This document shows positions 49,166-60,183 of a stretch of DNA of 64,000 nucleotides, piece after piece. Under the pieces are notes generated by a model. That model did no database searches, was not told the DNA's origin, and was given only the letters and a program-made list of their open reading frames with translations. The position numbers and the translations under genes are program-made. Source of the DNA: Gammaproteobacteria bacterium (GTDB taxonomy: Bacteria > Pseudomonadota > Gammaproteobacteria > JBCCGL01); contig OZ255836.1 in assembly GCA_965277715.1 (NCBI GenBank), positions 256,001 to 320,000 of the forward strand. The letters run 5' to 3'. Every line of letters starts with the position of its first letter. The stretch's first letter is position 1.

Positions 49166-51943
49166 GTGCATAATTTGATTATCTCTTCATATCTCACCGC
49201 AATGGCGAACGGTGCGGTTGCTGTGACTGTTAACCGGCGGCTATCGCGCACACTGCGTAAGCAATATGACCAGGCGCAGGTTGATGCTGGCAGGTTGGCC
49301 TGGCCAGCACCGCATATGCTTCCCTGGGATGCTTGGTTAAATCAGCTTTTTCAACAGTTACGCTGTATTGATAATGAACCGTGGCAATTGCTTAACAGTG
49401 CGCAATCGCTCTGCCTATGGGAACAGGTGCTGGCTGAGTCAGACATTGCCGAATCTCTACTAAATGTAACGGCAGCGGCATCGCTGGCCCAATCCGCCTG
49501 GGCTATCCAACACAATTGGGGGGTAAACCCGGCTAATGCGCACTTGTCTGGTGACCAACTCGCTTATACACAGTGGGCGCGTAGTTACCAACGCCGTTGT
49601 GAACGCAGTCACTGGCTGGATTCTGCCAGCCTGATAAATTGGCTGGCTGCGCGGATCACTGATATCAAGCCATTGCCGTCGCAGTTACTTCCCACGCAAC
49701 TATTAGTACTCGGCTTCGATACTTTATCGCCTGCCCACACGGCGTTATTGGAGGTGCTGCGGTGCAGTGGTGTGCAGGTAGCGATTGATGATCTACCGGG
49801 TGTCGATAGGCATAACGCGGTGTTACTGGCGTGTGAGGATGAATACCAGGAAGGTCTAGCGGCGGTCAATTGGGCGTGTAGTCAACTGCGGCAAAATGCC
49901 GATTGCACAATAGGCATTGTGGTACCGGATTTGGCGGTACGGCGTACGGCGCTATTGCAGGCATTAGACCAAACCCTCGAACCGGATAGCGCATTGATTC
50001 CGATGCCGCCGGTTTCGCCACACTACAATATTTCGTTGGGTAAGCCACTGGGTGAGTACCCGATGGTCGGCGATGCTCTGCGTTGGCTGGGCCTGATGTG
50101 TCGGCCACAACCGCTCGAACAGTGTACACAACTGATACTGTCGGCGTACCTCGGTCTGAGTGACGCTGAGCGATTGCACTGCGCCCAGGCCGATGTGCAA
50201 CTGCGCCGGATGGGGGGGAGCCGCTTTTCTCTGCACGCGCTGGCACGGGCATTACGGCAGTATGCTCCAGGTGGTTTTTGTGCGCGTCTGGATAAGCTGA
50301 TTGCACTGTGTGACACCTTGCCACCCCGGCAGTGTTGTTCGGCCTGGTCTCAGTGTATCGAGGCGTTATTGGCGTGTATTGGCTGGCCGGGTGAGGTGGG
50401 TTTATCCAGTGAGGAGTTCCAGTTACACGGCGCCTGGCGGCAAATACTGCAAGCGCTAGCGGGCTTTGATACCGTAAGCCCATTGTGCAGTTTTTCAGTG
50501 GCGCTTGAGTACCTCGGTGCGCTGGCGCGCAATAATGTGTTTCAGGTCGAATCGCAGAGCGATGCGCGCCTGCAAATCGTCGGCCTGCTCGAAGTGGCGG
50601 GCATGCAATTTGATGCCCTATGGGTGATGGGCATGGACGAACAGCGCTGGCCGCCACGGCCTCAGCTCAACCCGTTTCTACCACTGGCTATGCAGCGCAG
50701 TGCGCATATACCCCACAGTACTGCCGCCTGGGAGGTCGACTTCGCCCGGCGCTCGATGTTGCGCCTGTCAAGCAGTGCCGGGCGGGTGATCTTTAGTTAT
50801 GCAGGCAATGAGGGCGATACACCAATAGCGCCCAGCCCGTTGGTTGCGGATAGGCCGCTTTGCCGTGTTACCGCCGAGGTAGCGGGCTGTTATGGGCCTG
50901 CCGATCTCCAACCTGTCGACCTCGAACCCCTATTGCCTGAACCTGTTTATCATGGCCCAGCCTATGAGTTACAGGCACAGGCGGGCCATTTAAATCGGCT
51001 GGATGACAGCGTAGCCCCCGCCCGCCAACCCGGTTTGCCCGTGCGGGGTGGGGTGACGGTGTTATCCGATCAGGCCGAGTGCCCGTTCCGTGCCTTTGCC
51101 CGCCACCGCTTGCGTGCAGAACCGCTCGATGAACCCCATACTGGGGTGAGTGCCAGTGAACGCGGCTCGATTTTGCATACGGCGATGGAGTTTCTCTGGC
51201 GGGCGCTGCAATCGCAATCCAAATTATTATCACTAGGCGGTGACGCGCTGAAAACCCTGATTGATGAGGCGATTAACCACGCCATCCAAAAAGTGTATGG
51301 CGCTGTCAGCAACGCTTTTATCACATTGGAACGTGGCCACCTGGCCGGGCTGATCGATAGCTGGTTAAAGCTTGAGAAAAACCGCCCGGCGTTTCAGATT
51401 GAGTCACTGGAACAGGCGCATGTGCTGGCCATCGGTGGCCTGTCACTTGAATTGCGCATAGACCGGGTGGATAAGCTGGAAACCGACGCGTACCTACTGA
51501 TCGATTACAAAACCGGAAAGCCCCAGGCACAGGACTGGATGAAAGCGCGCCCTGGCGATGTGCAGCTACCGTTGTACACACTCGCGTATGCACAGCCGGT
51601 GAGCGCGCTTGCGCTGGCCTATGTACGGCCTCAACAATCGACCTTTGCGGGGGTCTCCGCTGATGAGACCGGGTTGTCAGGTATCAAACTGTGCAGTGAA
51701 AAATTCAGGCGGCAGGACGCCTTGCAGTTTCAGGACTGGACGGCGCTACAGCAACACTGGCGCACTGAAATCACCACGCTGGCGGAGGAGTTTGTCGGTG
51801 GTACGGCATCCGTGACCCCGCGTGCCCTGCCACAAACCTGTGCGTATTGTGCGCTTGACCCACTGTGCCGGGTGGGTAGCCAAGCTGTCGTTAACCAGGC
51901 CGTTGCTAACCAGGCCGACACTGACCAGGGTAACGATGAGTAA
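49166..51943 (+). CDS. AddB/RexB-like PD-(D/E)XK nuclease with Fe-S cysteines
   Basis: ECPF, ERG.ILH, RIDRVD, IDYKTG, CAYCALDPLCR. Confidence 0.85.
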   Translation: MHNLIISSYLTAMANGAVAVTVNRRLSRTLRKQYDQAQVDAGRLAWPAPHMLPWDAWLNQLFQQLRCIDNEPWQLLNSAQSLCLWEQVLAESDIAESLLNVTAAASLAQSAWAIQHNWGVNPANAHLSGDQLAYTQWARSYQRRCERSHWLDSASLINWLAARITDIKPLPSQLLPTQLLVLGFDTLSPAHTALLEVLRCSGVQVAIDDLPGVDRHNAVLLACEDEYQEGLAAVNWACSQLRQNADCTIGIVVPDLAVRRTALLQALDQTLEPDSALIPMPPVSPHYNISLGKPLGEYPMVGDALRWLGLMCRPQPLEQCTQLILSAYLGLSDAERLHCAQADVQLRRMGGSRFSLHALARALRQYAPGGFCARLDKLIALCDTLPPRQCCSAWSQCIEALLACIGWPGEVGLSSEEFQLHGAWRQILQALAGFDTVSPLCSFSVALEYLGALARNNVFQVESQSDARLQIVGLLEVAGMQFDALWVMGMDEQRWPPRPQLNPFLPLAMQRSAHIPHSTAAWEVDFARRSMLRLSSSAGRVIFSYAGNEGDTPIAPSPLVADRPLCRVTAEVAGCYGPADLQPVDLEPLLPEPVYHGPAYELQAQAGHLNRLDDSVAPARQPGLPVRGGVTVLSDQAECPFRAFARHRLRAEPLDEPHTGVSASERGSILHTAMEFLWRALQSQSKLLSLGGDALKTLIDEAINHAIQKVYGAVSNAFITLERGHLAGLIDSWLKLEKNRPAFQIESLEQAHVLAIGGLSLELRIDRVDKLETDAYLLIDYKTGKPQAQDWMKARPGDVQLPLYTLAYAQPVSALALAYVRPQQSTFAGVSADETGLSGIKLCSEKFRRQDALQFQDWTALQQHWRTEITTLAEEFVGGTASVTPRALPQTCAYCALDPLCRVGSQAVVNQAVANQADTDQGNDE

Positions 51944-54900
51944 CACAGTCGCCGATGCGGTCGCACGCCACCGGGCGCTTGATCCCGCGCAATCGTTTAT
52001 TGTGCAGGCGCCCGCAGGCTCCGGTAAAACCGAGTTACTGACACAACGTTTTTTGCGCCTGTTGGCGTGTGTCAGGCACCCGGAAGAAATCATTGCACTG
52101 ACATTTACCCGCAAGGCGGCTGCTGAAATGCGGGCGCGTATCAGCACCGCCCTGCACGATGTGGCGGCGGGCAAAACCCCTGAATCAGATAACGACAAAA
52201 CCCGCTTTTCACTGGCGGCGAAAGCGCTGCAACGCGATGCCGAGTGCCACTGGCAATTACAGGAGAACCCCCAGCGCCTGCGCGTGATGACTATCGATGC
52301 CTTCAATGGCGCCCTGGTGCGGCAGATGCCTTTGATGTCACGTATGGGCGGGCCGCTGACGACCACCGACAGGGCCGGTGCACATTACCGCGAGGCGGTG
52401 CGTCGCAGTATCCTGCACCTGGAGCAGGAGGGTGAATATCAGAGTGCGCTGGCGACGCTGCTGGGCTATTTTGACAACCGTGTCGAGCGCGTCGAACAGC
52501 AGTTGGTGACCATGCTGGCGAAGCGCGAGCAGTGGCTGTCGCTGGTCGGCTCAACGCTGGCGCTCGATGAAGCCGAATTAAAGCGGCAACTCGAAGCAGT
52601 GCTCGCTGAGCACGTTGAAACACGCATACGGGCGTTGTGTGAAGCCGTTCCCGAGGGTTTGCCCGCCCGCCTGTTACCACTGGCGCGCTTTGCCGCTGAA
52701 CAATTGCGGGTGAGTGGGCGGCAATCCCCTATTCTGTCGTTGCTGGACATCACTGAAATGCCGGGCAGCGACTGGCCTGCGCTTGACCAGTGGAAGGCGA
52801 TAGCGGCCTTATTGCTGATCAGCGACAAGGCGACTCCACGAAAGAAGGTGAATGTTGGGCAGGGGTTTCCCGCAGGGGCCAATTTTGCCGACAACAAACA
52901 GGCGATGCAGGCTGTACTCGGTGCGCTTGTGGATGCCCCGGCGTTTCTTCATTGCCTGGATAGTGTGCGCAATCTGCCTGAACGCGGCTACTCGGATCTG
53001 CGCTGGCGCGTATTGCGCGCCTTATGCAAGGTGCTGTTATTGACCGTGGCAGCGTTGCGTGTGGAATTTGCCGCGCACGGCCAGGTGGATCACAGTGAGA
53101 ACACCCTGCGTGCGCTACAAGCGCTGGGTGACGAAGATCAACCGAGCGACCTCGCCCTGTCGTTGGATTACCGCATTCACCATTTGTTGGTCGACGAATT
53201 TCAGGATACCTCGGTAGCGCAATTTGATCTGCTGGCGCGTTTGCTGCGCGGTTGGCAGCCAGGCGACGGGCGCAGCCTGTTTCTGGTCGGTGACCCGATG
53301 CAGTCGATCTATCGGTTTCGGCAGGCCGAGGTGAGTTTATTCCTCGGTGCACGCGAATACGGTGTGGGCGATGTTGCCCTGACGCCCTTGTACTTAACGC
53401 AGAACTTTCGCGCCAGTGCTGCGCTAGTCGGTTGGGTGAACCGCACCTTTGCCCAGGTATTTCCCGCAGTGGAAAATCTGGCTGAGGGAACGGTTGCGTT
53501 TGCCGCCTCGACTACAACGGTCGATGCACCCTCTGATGATGCCTCCTCTCACGATACCCCCCCGGACGATACCCAGGTACATATCTACCCCGCACCTGAC
53601 TGGCGGCAGGAGGCACAACAAATCGTCGATATTATTCAACACTCCCAGCAGGCGCACCCGGAGCGCACTATTGCTGTACTGGTGCGCAGCCGTACGCACT
53701 TGCTTCCGCTGTATCCATTGTTGCAGGCGCACGCTATCGACTACCAGGCTGTCGGTATCGAGAAATTGTCCGAGCGCGAGGTGGTGCGCGACCTACTCTC
53801 ACTTACCCGGGCGCTGTTACACCCTGCCGATGCGATTGCCTGGCTGGCGATCTTGCGCGCGCCCTGGTGTGGGTTGACACTGGCCGATCTGCTCGTGTTA
53901 AGCGATGTGGCAAGTGCCTCGGCTGCGGTGCTGGATGCGGCACTGGTCGAGCGGCTAAGCGATGACGGCGCGCAACGCCTGCAGCGTTTTCAGTCGGCGT
54001 TACGCCCCGCTTTGCAGTGTGCGGGCCGTGTGCCCTGGGCCGGGCTGGTGAGGAGTACCTGGCTGGCACTGGGTGGCCCGGCCTGTGTCGCCAATACAGC
54101 GGCGATCAACGATGCAAAGTGTTTTTTTGAGCAACTCACTGCCGCGCAGAATGCTTCACCAACGCTGTCAGTGAGCGATTTGCAGCAGCGCCTGGCGGAG
54201 CAGGTGGCACCGGTGGAAACCCCCGGCGATACCCGCCTGCAACTGATGACTATCCACAAATCCAAAGGGTTGGAGTTCGATACGGTGATCGTGCCTGGCC
54301 TGGGGCGGTTTGGTCGCGGCGATGAGGCGCTGCCCATCAAATGGTTGCAAACCCACGATGGCCGACTATTGCTCGCCCCGGCAAAACAACCGGACGAGCC
54401 TGAAGCCGACGCCATCTACCAATTGATTGGCGCCGTCGAAAAAGAAAAGGCCGACAATGAATTGAAACGCCTGCTCTATGTGGCGGTGACCCGCGCTCGC
54501 TCCAGCATTCACCTGCTGGGCCACGCTACCATAAGAAACAATGGTGTGAGTTGCGATAAGCGATCACTGTTGCAGGTTATCTGGCCACAGGTTGAGGCAG
54601 CGTTTGCCGACTTGTGTGCAGCGTGTGATGACGATGAAGTGATCCAGGACTTACCGGCTTCTCCGCCATTGTTGCACCGCCTGCCAGGTGATTGGCGTAT
54701 GCCGCCCTTGCAGCCTGCTCTGGGTTGTGATGATGGGGTGCTGAATACGCAATCACCTTCGCAGCCGGATCAACAGGCTATCGAATTCGACTGGGCCAGC
54801 CTGGTTGCACGCCACATCGGCACGGTAGTGCACCAATACCTTCAGCGCATTGCCGATGAAGGCGTCGCCCACTGGTCGTTGCCACGCATTAGTGCACAGC

Positions 54901-55331
54901 GGGCCGCTATCAGCGCCTCGCTAAAGGAGCTTGGCGTTGCCCAGGAAGCGTGTGAACAGGCGGTAAAACGTTGCCAGGAAACGCTCAACAATACACTGGA
55001 TGATCCACGTGGTCGGTGGTTGTTGTCATCGCATCAGCACGCTGCCAGCGAGTTTGCTGTGTCGGGGCTACACGAGGGGGGCGTGGCAATGTACATTATT
55101 GACCGCACTTTTATCGATGAGAGCGGTGTTCGCTGGATAGTCGACTACAAAACCGGTGACCATCAGGGCGGCGATAGCGCGCAGTTTCTCGACCGCGAGA
55201 AAACCCGCTACCAGCAGCAGTTACAGGGTTACGCGGAACTGATGCAGCACCTGGATTCTGCGCCCATTCGACTGGGGTTGTATTTTCCCACGATCAAGGG
55301 GTGGCGTGAGTGGGCTGCAGGTGAAGGGTGA
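51936..55331 (+). CDS. AddA-like UvrD helicase-nuclease
   Basis: QAPAGSGKT, VDEFQDTS, VGDPMQSIYRFR, MTIHKSKGLEF, LYVAVTRA, IDR, VDYKTG. Start ATG 51936. Confidence 0.9.
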   Translation: MSNTVADAVARHRALDPAQSFIVQAPAGSGKTELLTQRFLRLLACVRHPEEIIALTFTRKAAAEMRARISTALHDVAAGKTPESDNDKTRFSLAAKALQRDAECHWQLQENPQRLRVMTIDAFNGALVRQMPLMSRMGGPLTTTDRAGAHYREAVRRSILHLEQEGEYQSALATLLGYFDNRVERVEQQLVTMLAKREQWLSLVGSTLALDEAELKRQLEAVLAEHVETRIRALCEAVPEGLPARLLPLARFAAEQLRVSGRQSPILSLLDITEMPGSDWPALDQWKAIAALLLISDKATPRKKVNVGQGFPAGANFADNKQAMQAVLGALVDAPAFLHCLDSVRNLPERGYSDLRWRVLRALCKVLLLTVAALRVEFAAHGQVDHSENTLRALQALGDEDQPSDLALSLDYRIHHLLVDEFQDTSVAQFDLLARLLRGWQPGDGRSLFLVGDPMQSIYRFRQAEVSLFLGAREYGVGDVALTPLYLTQNFRASAALVGWVNRTFAQVFPAVENLAEGTVAFAASTTTVDAPSDDASSHDTPPDDTQVHIYPAPDWRQEAQQIVDIIQHSQQAHPERTIAVLVRSRTHLLPLYPLLQAHAIDYQAVGIEKLSEREVVRDLLSLTRALLHPADAIAWLAILRAPWCGLTLADLLVLSDVASASAAVLDAALVERLSDDGAQRLQRFQSALRPALQCAGRVPWAGLVRSTWLALGGPACVANTAAINDAKCFFEQLTAAQNASPTLSVSDLQQRLAEQVAPVETPGDTRLQLMTIHKSKGLEFDTVIVPGLGRFGRGDEALPIKWLQTHDGRLLLAPAKQPDEPEADAIYQLIGAVEKEKADNELKRLLYVAVTRARSSIHLLGHATIRNNGVSCDKRSLLQVIWPQVEAAFADLCAACDDDEVIQDLPASPPLLHRLPGDWRMPPLQPALGCDDGVLNTQSPSQPDQQAIEFDWASLVARHIGTVVHQYLQRIADEGVAHWSLPRISAQRAAISASLKELGVAQEACEQAVKRCQETLNNTLDDPRGRWLLSSHQHAASEFAVSGLHEGGVAMYIIDRTFIDESGVRWIVDYKTGDHQGGDSAQFLDREKTRYQQQLQGYAELMQHLDSAPIRLGLYFPTIKGWREWAAGEG

Positions 55332-55537
55332 AGGGGCCAAATGGTTGGAAATAGTGAGGCCAGTTGAAGTTGAACGGTTTTTTTTTTGTTGAGAATGAAG
55401 TAAGTTTGCCTACACAAAATAGTTGATAATGCGTGCAACGCTATTCCGCCGTGGTGGGTGGCGTGGTTGTTAGTTATTTTGCACTAAAGCAGCGGGTGTT
55501 TGTGTCATCCGTATTTGCGTTAATCTGGAGGAAGAGT

Positions 55538-56683
55538 ATGTCCAAAAAGCTATCTCACACTGTCAATCGATCTCGTCGCGATTTTTTGAAGACGAGCACA
55601 ATCGCAGGTACAGCCGTCGCTGCGCCCTGGATCATTAGCCGCGAGGCGATGGGTGCAGGCGAGCTCAACGTGCTGATGTGGTCAGATTACCTGCCCCCCG
55701 ACTGGATTGCTGCGTTTGAAAAAGAAACCGGCATCAAGTTGAACTACACCGGCATCGGCTCTAATGAAGAAATTATCAATAAAATGAAAGCCACCAACGG
55801 TGCGGGCATTGATATCTGTAGCCCAACCAACAACCGCTCGGGTCAATGGGTCGATCTCGGTCTGTTACAACCCTGGGATTATGGCCGTGTCAGCAACATC
55901 GCAAATGCCAACCCAGCGATGTTGAAAGTGGGCGATACCGAGTGGAATTTTGCCGGTAAAGGTTCGCATTGGTTACCGCATATCTGGGGTACTGAGGCAA
56001 TTGGCTGGCGCACCGATCTGTTCTCACCTGCTGGTGGTGTGCCGAGCTATGGCAATATCTGGGATAAAGACAATGCCGGTAAAACCATGATCCGTCCGCA
56101 CAGCGGTATGCTGGGTGCCGGTTTGTACATGGAAACCATCGGTGAACTGGAGCCGGGTGATGTCTGGAAGGCCTATGGCAGTGAAGCGGCTATGCGCCCG
56201 ATCTGGCAGAAAATCACCGATTTCTGTATTGCCCGCAAATCACAGATCAAACTGTTCTGGAATGATGCAGACAGCCAGAAAAACGGCCTGCTCAACGACG
56301 GCGTTATCGTCGGTCAAACCTGGGATGGCCCGATACTGGCACTCAAAGGTGCTGGCGAGCCGGTTACCTATCAGGCACCCAAAGAAGGTGCGATGGCCTG
56401 GGTCGATGGTATGTCATTGTCCAAGTCGGCTAAAAATGTCGATGCAGCTTACGCATTCGTCGAGTTCTGTTTCCGTAAAGAACCGGCGGGTAAAGCGATC
56501 GACAAGCACGGTTATAACTCCGCTGTTCTCGGTGCCGATGCATACGCTGGTGCACAGTACAAAACGAACTTTGCAGAAGCGTATCCGGGTGATGCACTGG
56601 CCAACCTCAACCCCTGGCCAGCAGAGCCACAATGGTACGCAGACGTACGCACCGAATACCGCAACAAATTCGTTAATGCGTAG
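55538..56683 (+). CDS. PotD/PotF-type ABC substrate-binding protein with Tat signal
   Basis: SRRDFLK, WSDY, FEKETGI, PKEGAMAWVD. Confidence 0.88.
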   Translation: MSKKLSHTVNRSRRDFLKTSTIAGTAVAAPWIISREAMGAGELNVLMWSDYLPPDWIAAFEKETGIKLNYTGIGSNEEIINKMKATNGAGIDICSPTNNRSGQWVDLGLLQPWDYGRVSNIANANPAMLKVGDTEWNFAGKGSHWLPHIWGTEAIGWRTDLFSPAGGVPSYGNIWDKDNAGKTMIRPHSGMLGAGLYMETIGELEPGDVWKAYGSEAAMRPIWQKITDFCIARKSQIKLFWNDADSQKNGLLNDGVIVGQTWDGPILALKGAGEPVTYQAPKEGAMAWVDGMSLSKSAKNVDAAYAFVEFCFRKEPAGKAIDKHGYNSAVLGADAYAGAQYKTNFAEAYPGDALANLNPWPAEPQWYADVRTEYRNKFVNA

Positions 56684-56782
56684 TAACCGTACAAACCTGT
56701 AGTACCCATAGCTGCCCTGGTGTGTATCAGGGCAGTTGTGGTTTTGTATAACAATATCAATACCACCGGGAGACAGCGAGCT

Positions 56783-57880
56783 ATGAGCGCTGACGTACAG
56801 TTAGATAACGTCTGGATCCGATTTGGCGACTTTGTCGCTGCACGCGAGGCGAACCTCACTATTGAAGGCGGCGAGTTTTTTAGTTTTCTGGGGCCGTCCG
56901 GCTGCGGTAAAACCACCTTGCTGCGTGCGGTATCCGGCTTTCTTGAACCCTCTGAAGGGCGTGTCCTGATCGGTGGTAAGGATATGCACGGCATTGGCCC
57001 GAATAAGCGCCCCACTGCCCTTATCTTCCAAAACCTGGCGTTATTTCCCTTGATGCCGGTGTGGGAAAATATCGCCTTTTCGCTTGAAGTCAAAGGCGTC
57101 TCCAAAGCGGCGCGGCGCAAGCGAGCAGATGAATTGCTCGACCTGATTGCCCTGCCCGGCCAGGGTGATAAAAAAGTCAGCGAGCTATCGGGAGGCCAGA
57201 AACAACGCGTTGCCATTGCACGGGCACTGGCGGCCGAACCCAACGTTTTACTGCTCGATGAGCCTCTATCGGCACTCGATCTAAAACTGCGCCAGCACAT
57301 GCGCACGGAACTGCGTGAAATTCAACAGCGTGTTGGCCTGACATTTATCTACATCACCCATGATCAGGGCGAGGCGTTGACCATGTCGGATCGCGTTGCG
57401 GTGATGAGTGCCGGTGTGATCGAACAGATTGCCGATGGCACAACGATTTACGACAAACCCGGCTCGGCTTTCGTCGCTTCGTTTGTCGGAGAAAACAATT
57501 TATTTAAAGGTAAAGTGGCCGCCGTAAATGCCGGTGTCGCCGATGTCGAGACCAATGTCGGTGTGTTACATGCACGGATTTCCGGGGATAAACCGCTGAA
57601 TACCGGTGATGAGGCGTTTGTGTTTGTTCGGCCTGAATCACTGCGTTTTGCCAATGGCGCAGAGGCAGACAATCTGTTTGATGCTGAAGTGCAACAGCAG
57701 GAATTTGAAGGCAGTTTTCATCAGGTGTTTATGCGCGTTGCGGGTAGCGAAAAACCGATTCGCCTGTCGATGGTCAACGATGGCCATTCATTAGTCCATG
57801 GCAGCGGTGATAAGGTGCGGCTGGCGTGCTCTGCTGACCTGGCTGTGGCGCTTCCCGCTGGCCCGCTGGCGGCGGAGTAG
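56783..57880 (+). CDS. PotA-type ABC ATPase
   Basis: GPSGCGKT, LSGGQKQR, LLLDEP, ITHDQGEA, TOBE tail. Confidence 0.92.
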   Translation: MSADVQLDNVWIRFGDFVAAREANLTIEGGEFFSFLGPSGCGKTTLLRAVSGFLEPSEGRVLIGGKDMHGIGPNKRPTALIFQNLALFPLMPVWENIAFSLEVKGVSKAARRKRADELLDLIALPGQGDKKVSELSGGQKQRVAIARALAAEPNVLLLDEPLSALDLKLRQHMRTELREIQQRVGLTFIYITHDQGEALTMSDRVAVMSAGVIEQIADGTTIYDKPGSAFVASFVGENNLFKGKVAAVNAGVADVETNVGVLHARISGDKPLNTGDEAFVFVRPESLRFANGAEADNLFDAEVQQQEFEGSFHQVFMRVAGSEKPIRLSMVNDGHSLVHGSGDKVRLACSADLAVALPAGPLAAE

Positions 57881-57884
57881 CGGC

Positions 57885-58814
57885 ATGAACCCACGTGCTT
57901 ATTTTCAGGATTTTTTCCGCCGTAACGGCACGGCTCTATCGATCTTTCTGTTGGTATCGGTGGGGGTTTGGCTGTTTATTATGATTATCCTGCCGCAGCT
58001 GTTTATGGTGGATTTTTCATTCCGCTATAACCTGCCACCTGCCGATATGGGCAGCCACAAGGATGTTTACACAATAAGCCATTATAAGTTCATGGTGTTT
58101 GGTAGCGAGAGTAGTGGCGAGGCCTATAACACGGTGGATATCAGTGTTTTTTTCCGCACTATTCTGGCGGCTGTGTTTGTCACCGTTTTTGATTTAATCC
58201 TGTGCTACCCGGTCGCTTATGTCATGGCACATACCGCCGTGGGTGGCTGGGGACGGCTTATGGTATTGGCGTTGATTGTGCCCTATTGGGTGAATGAATT
58301 GCTGCGTGCGTTTGCATTCAAGATTATGTTTGGCTCCACCGGCATCATCAATGGCGCCTTGATGTGGCTGGGTGTGATCGATCAGCCGTATGATTTTATC
58401 CGTGAAAATGTGGCGCTTTACTCGGGCTTGGGCTATGCCTACCTGTTATTGATGATTTTCCCCATTTACAATGCCGTGGAGAGCCTCGACAAAAGCCAGC
58501 TGGAGGCGGCGGTGGATATGGGTTCACCCTGGTGGCGGACGCATTTGCGGGTGGTGATTCCCTATGCCAAGCCCGGCATTACCTCGGGTTGTACGATGGT
58601 GTTTATGTTGAGCGCCGGAGCATTGGCCGCGCCGCAAATTCTGGGTGGTCCCAGCAGTCTGTGGTTTACCCAAATCATCTACCAGTGGTTTAACACGGGG
58701 GGCAATTGGCCGCGTGGATCTGCCTATGGGATTATCCTGCTTGGCAGTTGTATCATCTTTGTGTTGATTATGATGAAGGTGTTTAAAGTCCGGCTTGGGG
58801 AGATCGCACGATGA
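57885..58814 (+). CDS. PotB-type ABC permease
   Basis: CYPVAY, VPYWVN, EAAVDMG, P.ILGG. Confidence 0.88.
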   Translation: MNPRAYFQDFFRRNGTALSIFLLVSVGVWLFIMIILPQLFMVDFSFRYNLPPADMGSHKDVYTISHYKFMVFGSESSGEAYNTVDISVFFRTILAAVFVTVFDLILCYPVAYVMAHTAVGGWGRLMVLALIVPYWVNELLRAFAFKIMFGSTGIINGALMWLGVIDQPYDFIRENVALYSGLGYAYLLLMIFPIYNAVESLDKSQLEAAVDMGSPWWRTHLRVVIPYAKPGITSGCTMVFMLSAGALAAPQILGGPSSLWFTQIIYQWFNTGGNWPRGSAYGIILLGSCIIFVLIMMKVFKVRLGEIAR

Positions 58815-60091
58815 GATCGGAAACCATGCTGCGCCTCTGGTCGGTTTTTTTCGTTCTCGGCTTTTTCATCTACCTGTTTGGTCCATTGATTCTAATGAGC
58901 TTCACCGCGTTTAACAGCTCGGCATTTCCACGTGTTAGCCCCTGGGATTGTTTTAGCGTCGAATGGTTTAATGTGTTGAGTCAGGATGACCGCCTAATGC
59001 TCGGTTTGCGCAATAGCATCATTATCGGTTTTGGTGTCGTCTGTGTCTCAGTGCCCGTTGGTTTGGCGGGCTCGCTGATGTTGATGCAGGTCAGTACCCG
59101 CCTGCGCCCCTGGTATTACACTATCGTTATCTCACCGATTCTGATTCCCGGTGTAGTGCTGGGGATCTCCACGCTGATTTTCTGGGAGCGCATTCGCCAG
59201 ATGTTTGGCCTGGGGGCGGATACGTTTATGAGCAACGGTATATTTCTCACCATCATCGGTCAGGCAACCTTTATCTCTGCTTATGTCATGCTTGTGTTTA
59301 TCGCCCGTTTACAGCGATTTGATCCGGTGTTGGAGGAGGCCTCGCTCGACCTGGGGGCCACACACGTACAGACATTTCGTAAAATCCTGTTGCCGTTTTT
59401 GAAGCCTGCTATTGCCTCTGGTGCGGTGTTGGCCTTTTTGGCGTCGTTTGAAAACTACAACACCACCGTGTTTACGGCTTTATCTGAGAGTACGCTAACG
59501 ACCGTGTTGGCCAGTAAAGTACGTTACGGTATCGATCCGTCGATCAGTGCACTGGCGGTGATTATTGTTTTTCTGACATTGGTTGGGGCGGTGGTATATG
59601 AAATTGCCAAGCGCCGGGAACTTGCCGAGGCAATCCTGTCATCCGGTTCAGAAAAACCTGCCCGGTTAAAAAAGCCGCTGTTTATGGACCCTGCACTGTT
59701 GATTATGGTGTGCGTGGTTATCGCGGGGTTGGGCACGGTCTATTTTGCGGGCACTATTGGTGTTGACGAGTGTAAAGTCGCCGTTAAGGAACAAAAGCGC
59801 CTCGATACGCAACGACGCATTGAAGCGCTGAAAAAGAAACAAATGTTTCAAAGTGCACAGCCGCAGGAAGAGGCTGCCAGCAGTGAAATAGTACCGAAAG
59901 CTAAAAGTAAGGATAAGGCGAAGGGAACAGAAAATTTCCAGAATTTATTTGCCCCGGATAATCTTGAGGGACAGTCCGGCTCTTCTAATGATCAACCGGT
60001 GAAAGGCACGGAGAACTTTCAGAATCTGTTTGCCCCGGATAACCTGGAAGGGCAGGTGGATTCTGCTGAGGGGGCGGAAACAGACCAGTAA
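58811..60091 (+). CDS. PotC-type ABC permease with long C-terminal extension
   Basis: EEASLDLGA...TFRKILLP; extension with duplicated KGTENFQNLFAPDNLEGQ. Confidence 0.88.
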   Translation: MRSETMLRLWSVFFVLGFFIYLFGPLILMSFTAFNSSAFPRVSPWDCFSVEWFNVLSQDDRLMLGLRNSIIIGFGVVCVSVPVGLAGSLMLMQVSTRLRPWYYTIVISPILIPGVVLGISTLIFWERIRQMFGLGADTFMSNGIFLTIIGQATFISAYVMLVFIARLQRFDPVLEEASLDLGATHVQTFRKILLPFLKPAIASGAVLAFLASFENYNTTVFTALSESTLTTVLASKVRYGIDPSISALAVIIVFLTLVGAVVYEIAKRRELAEAILSSGSEKPARLKKPLFMDPALLIMVCVVIAGLGTVYFAGTIGVDECKVAVKEQKRLDTQRRIEALKKKQMFQSAQPQEEAASSEIVPKAKSKDKAKGTENFQNLFAPDNLEGQSGSSNDQPVKGTENFQNLFAPDNLEGQVDSAEGAETDQ

Positions 60092-60183
60092 ACAGGCCGA
60101 CAAACAAGTCAGGTAAAATATTGGAACGGCAGTATTGAAGCGGTGATAATGACTATTCGGCCCGCGCAAAGCGCGGGTCGAAA

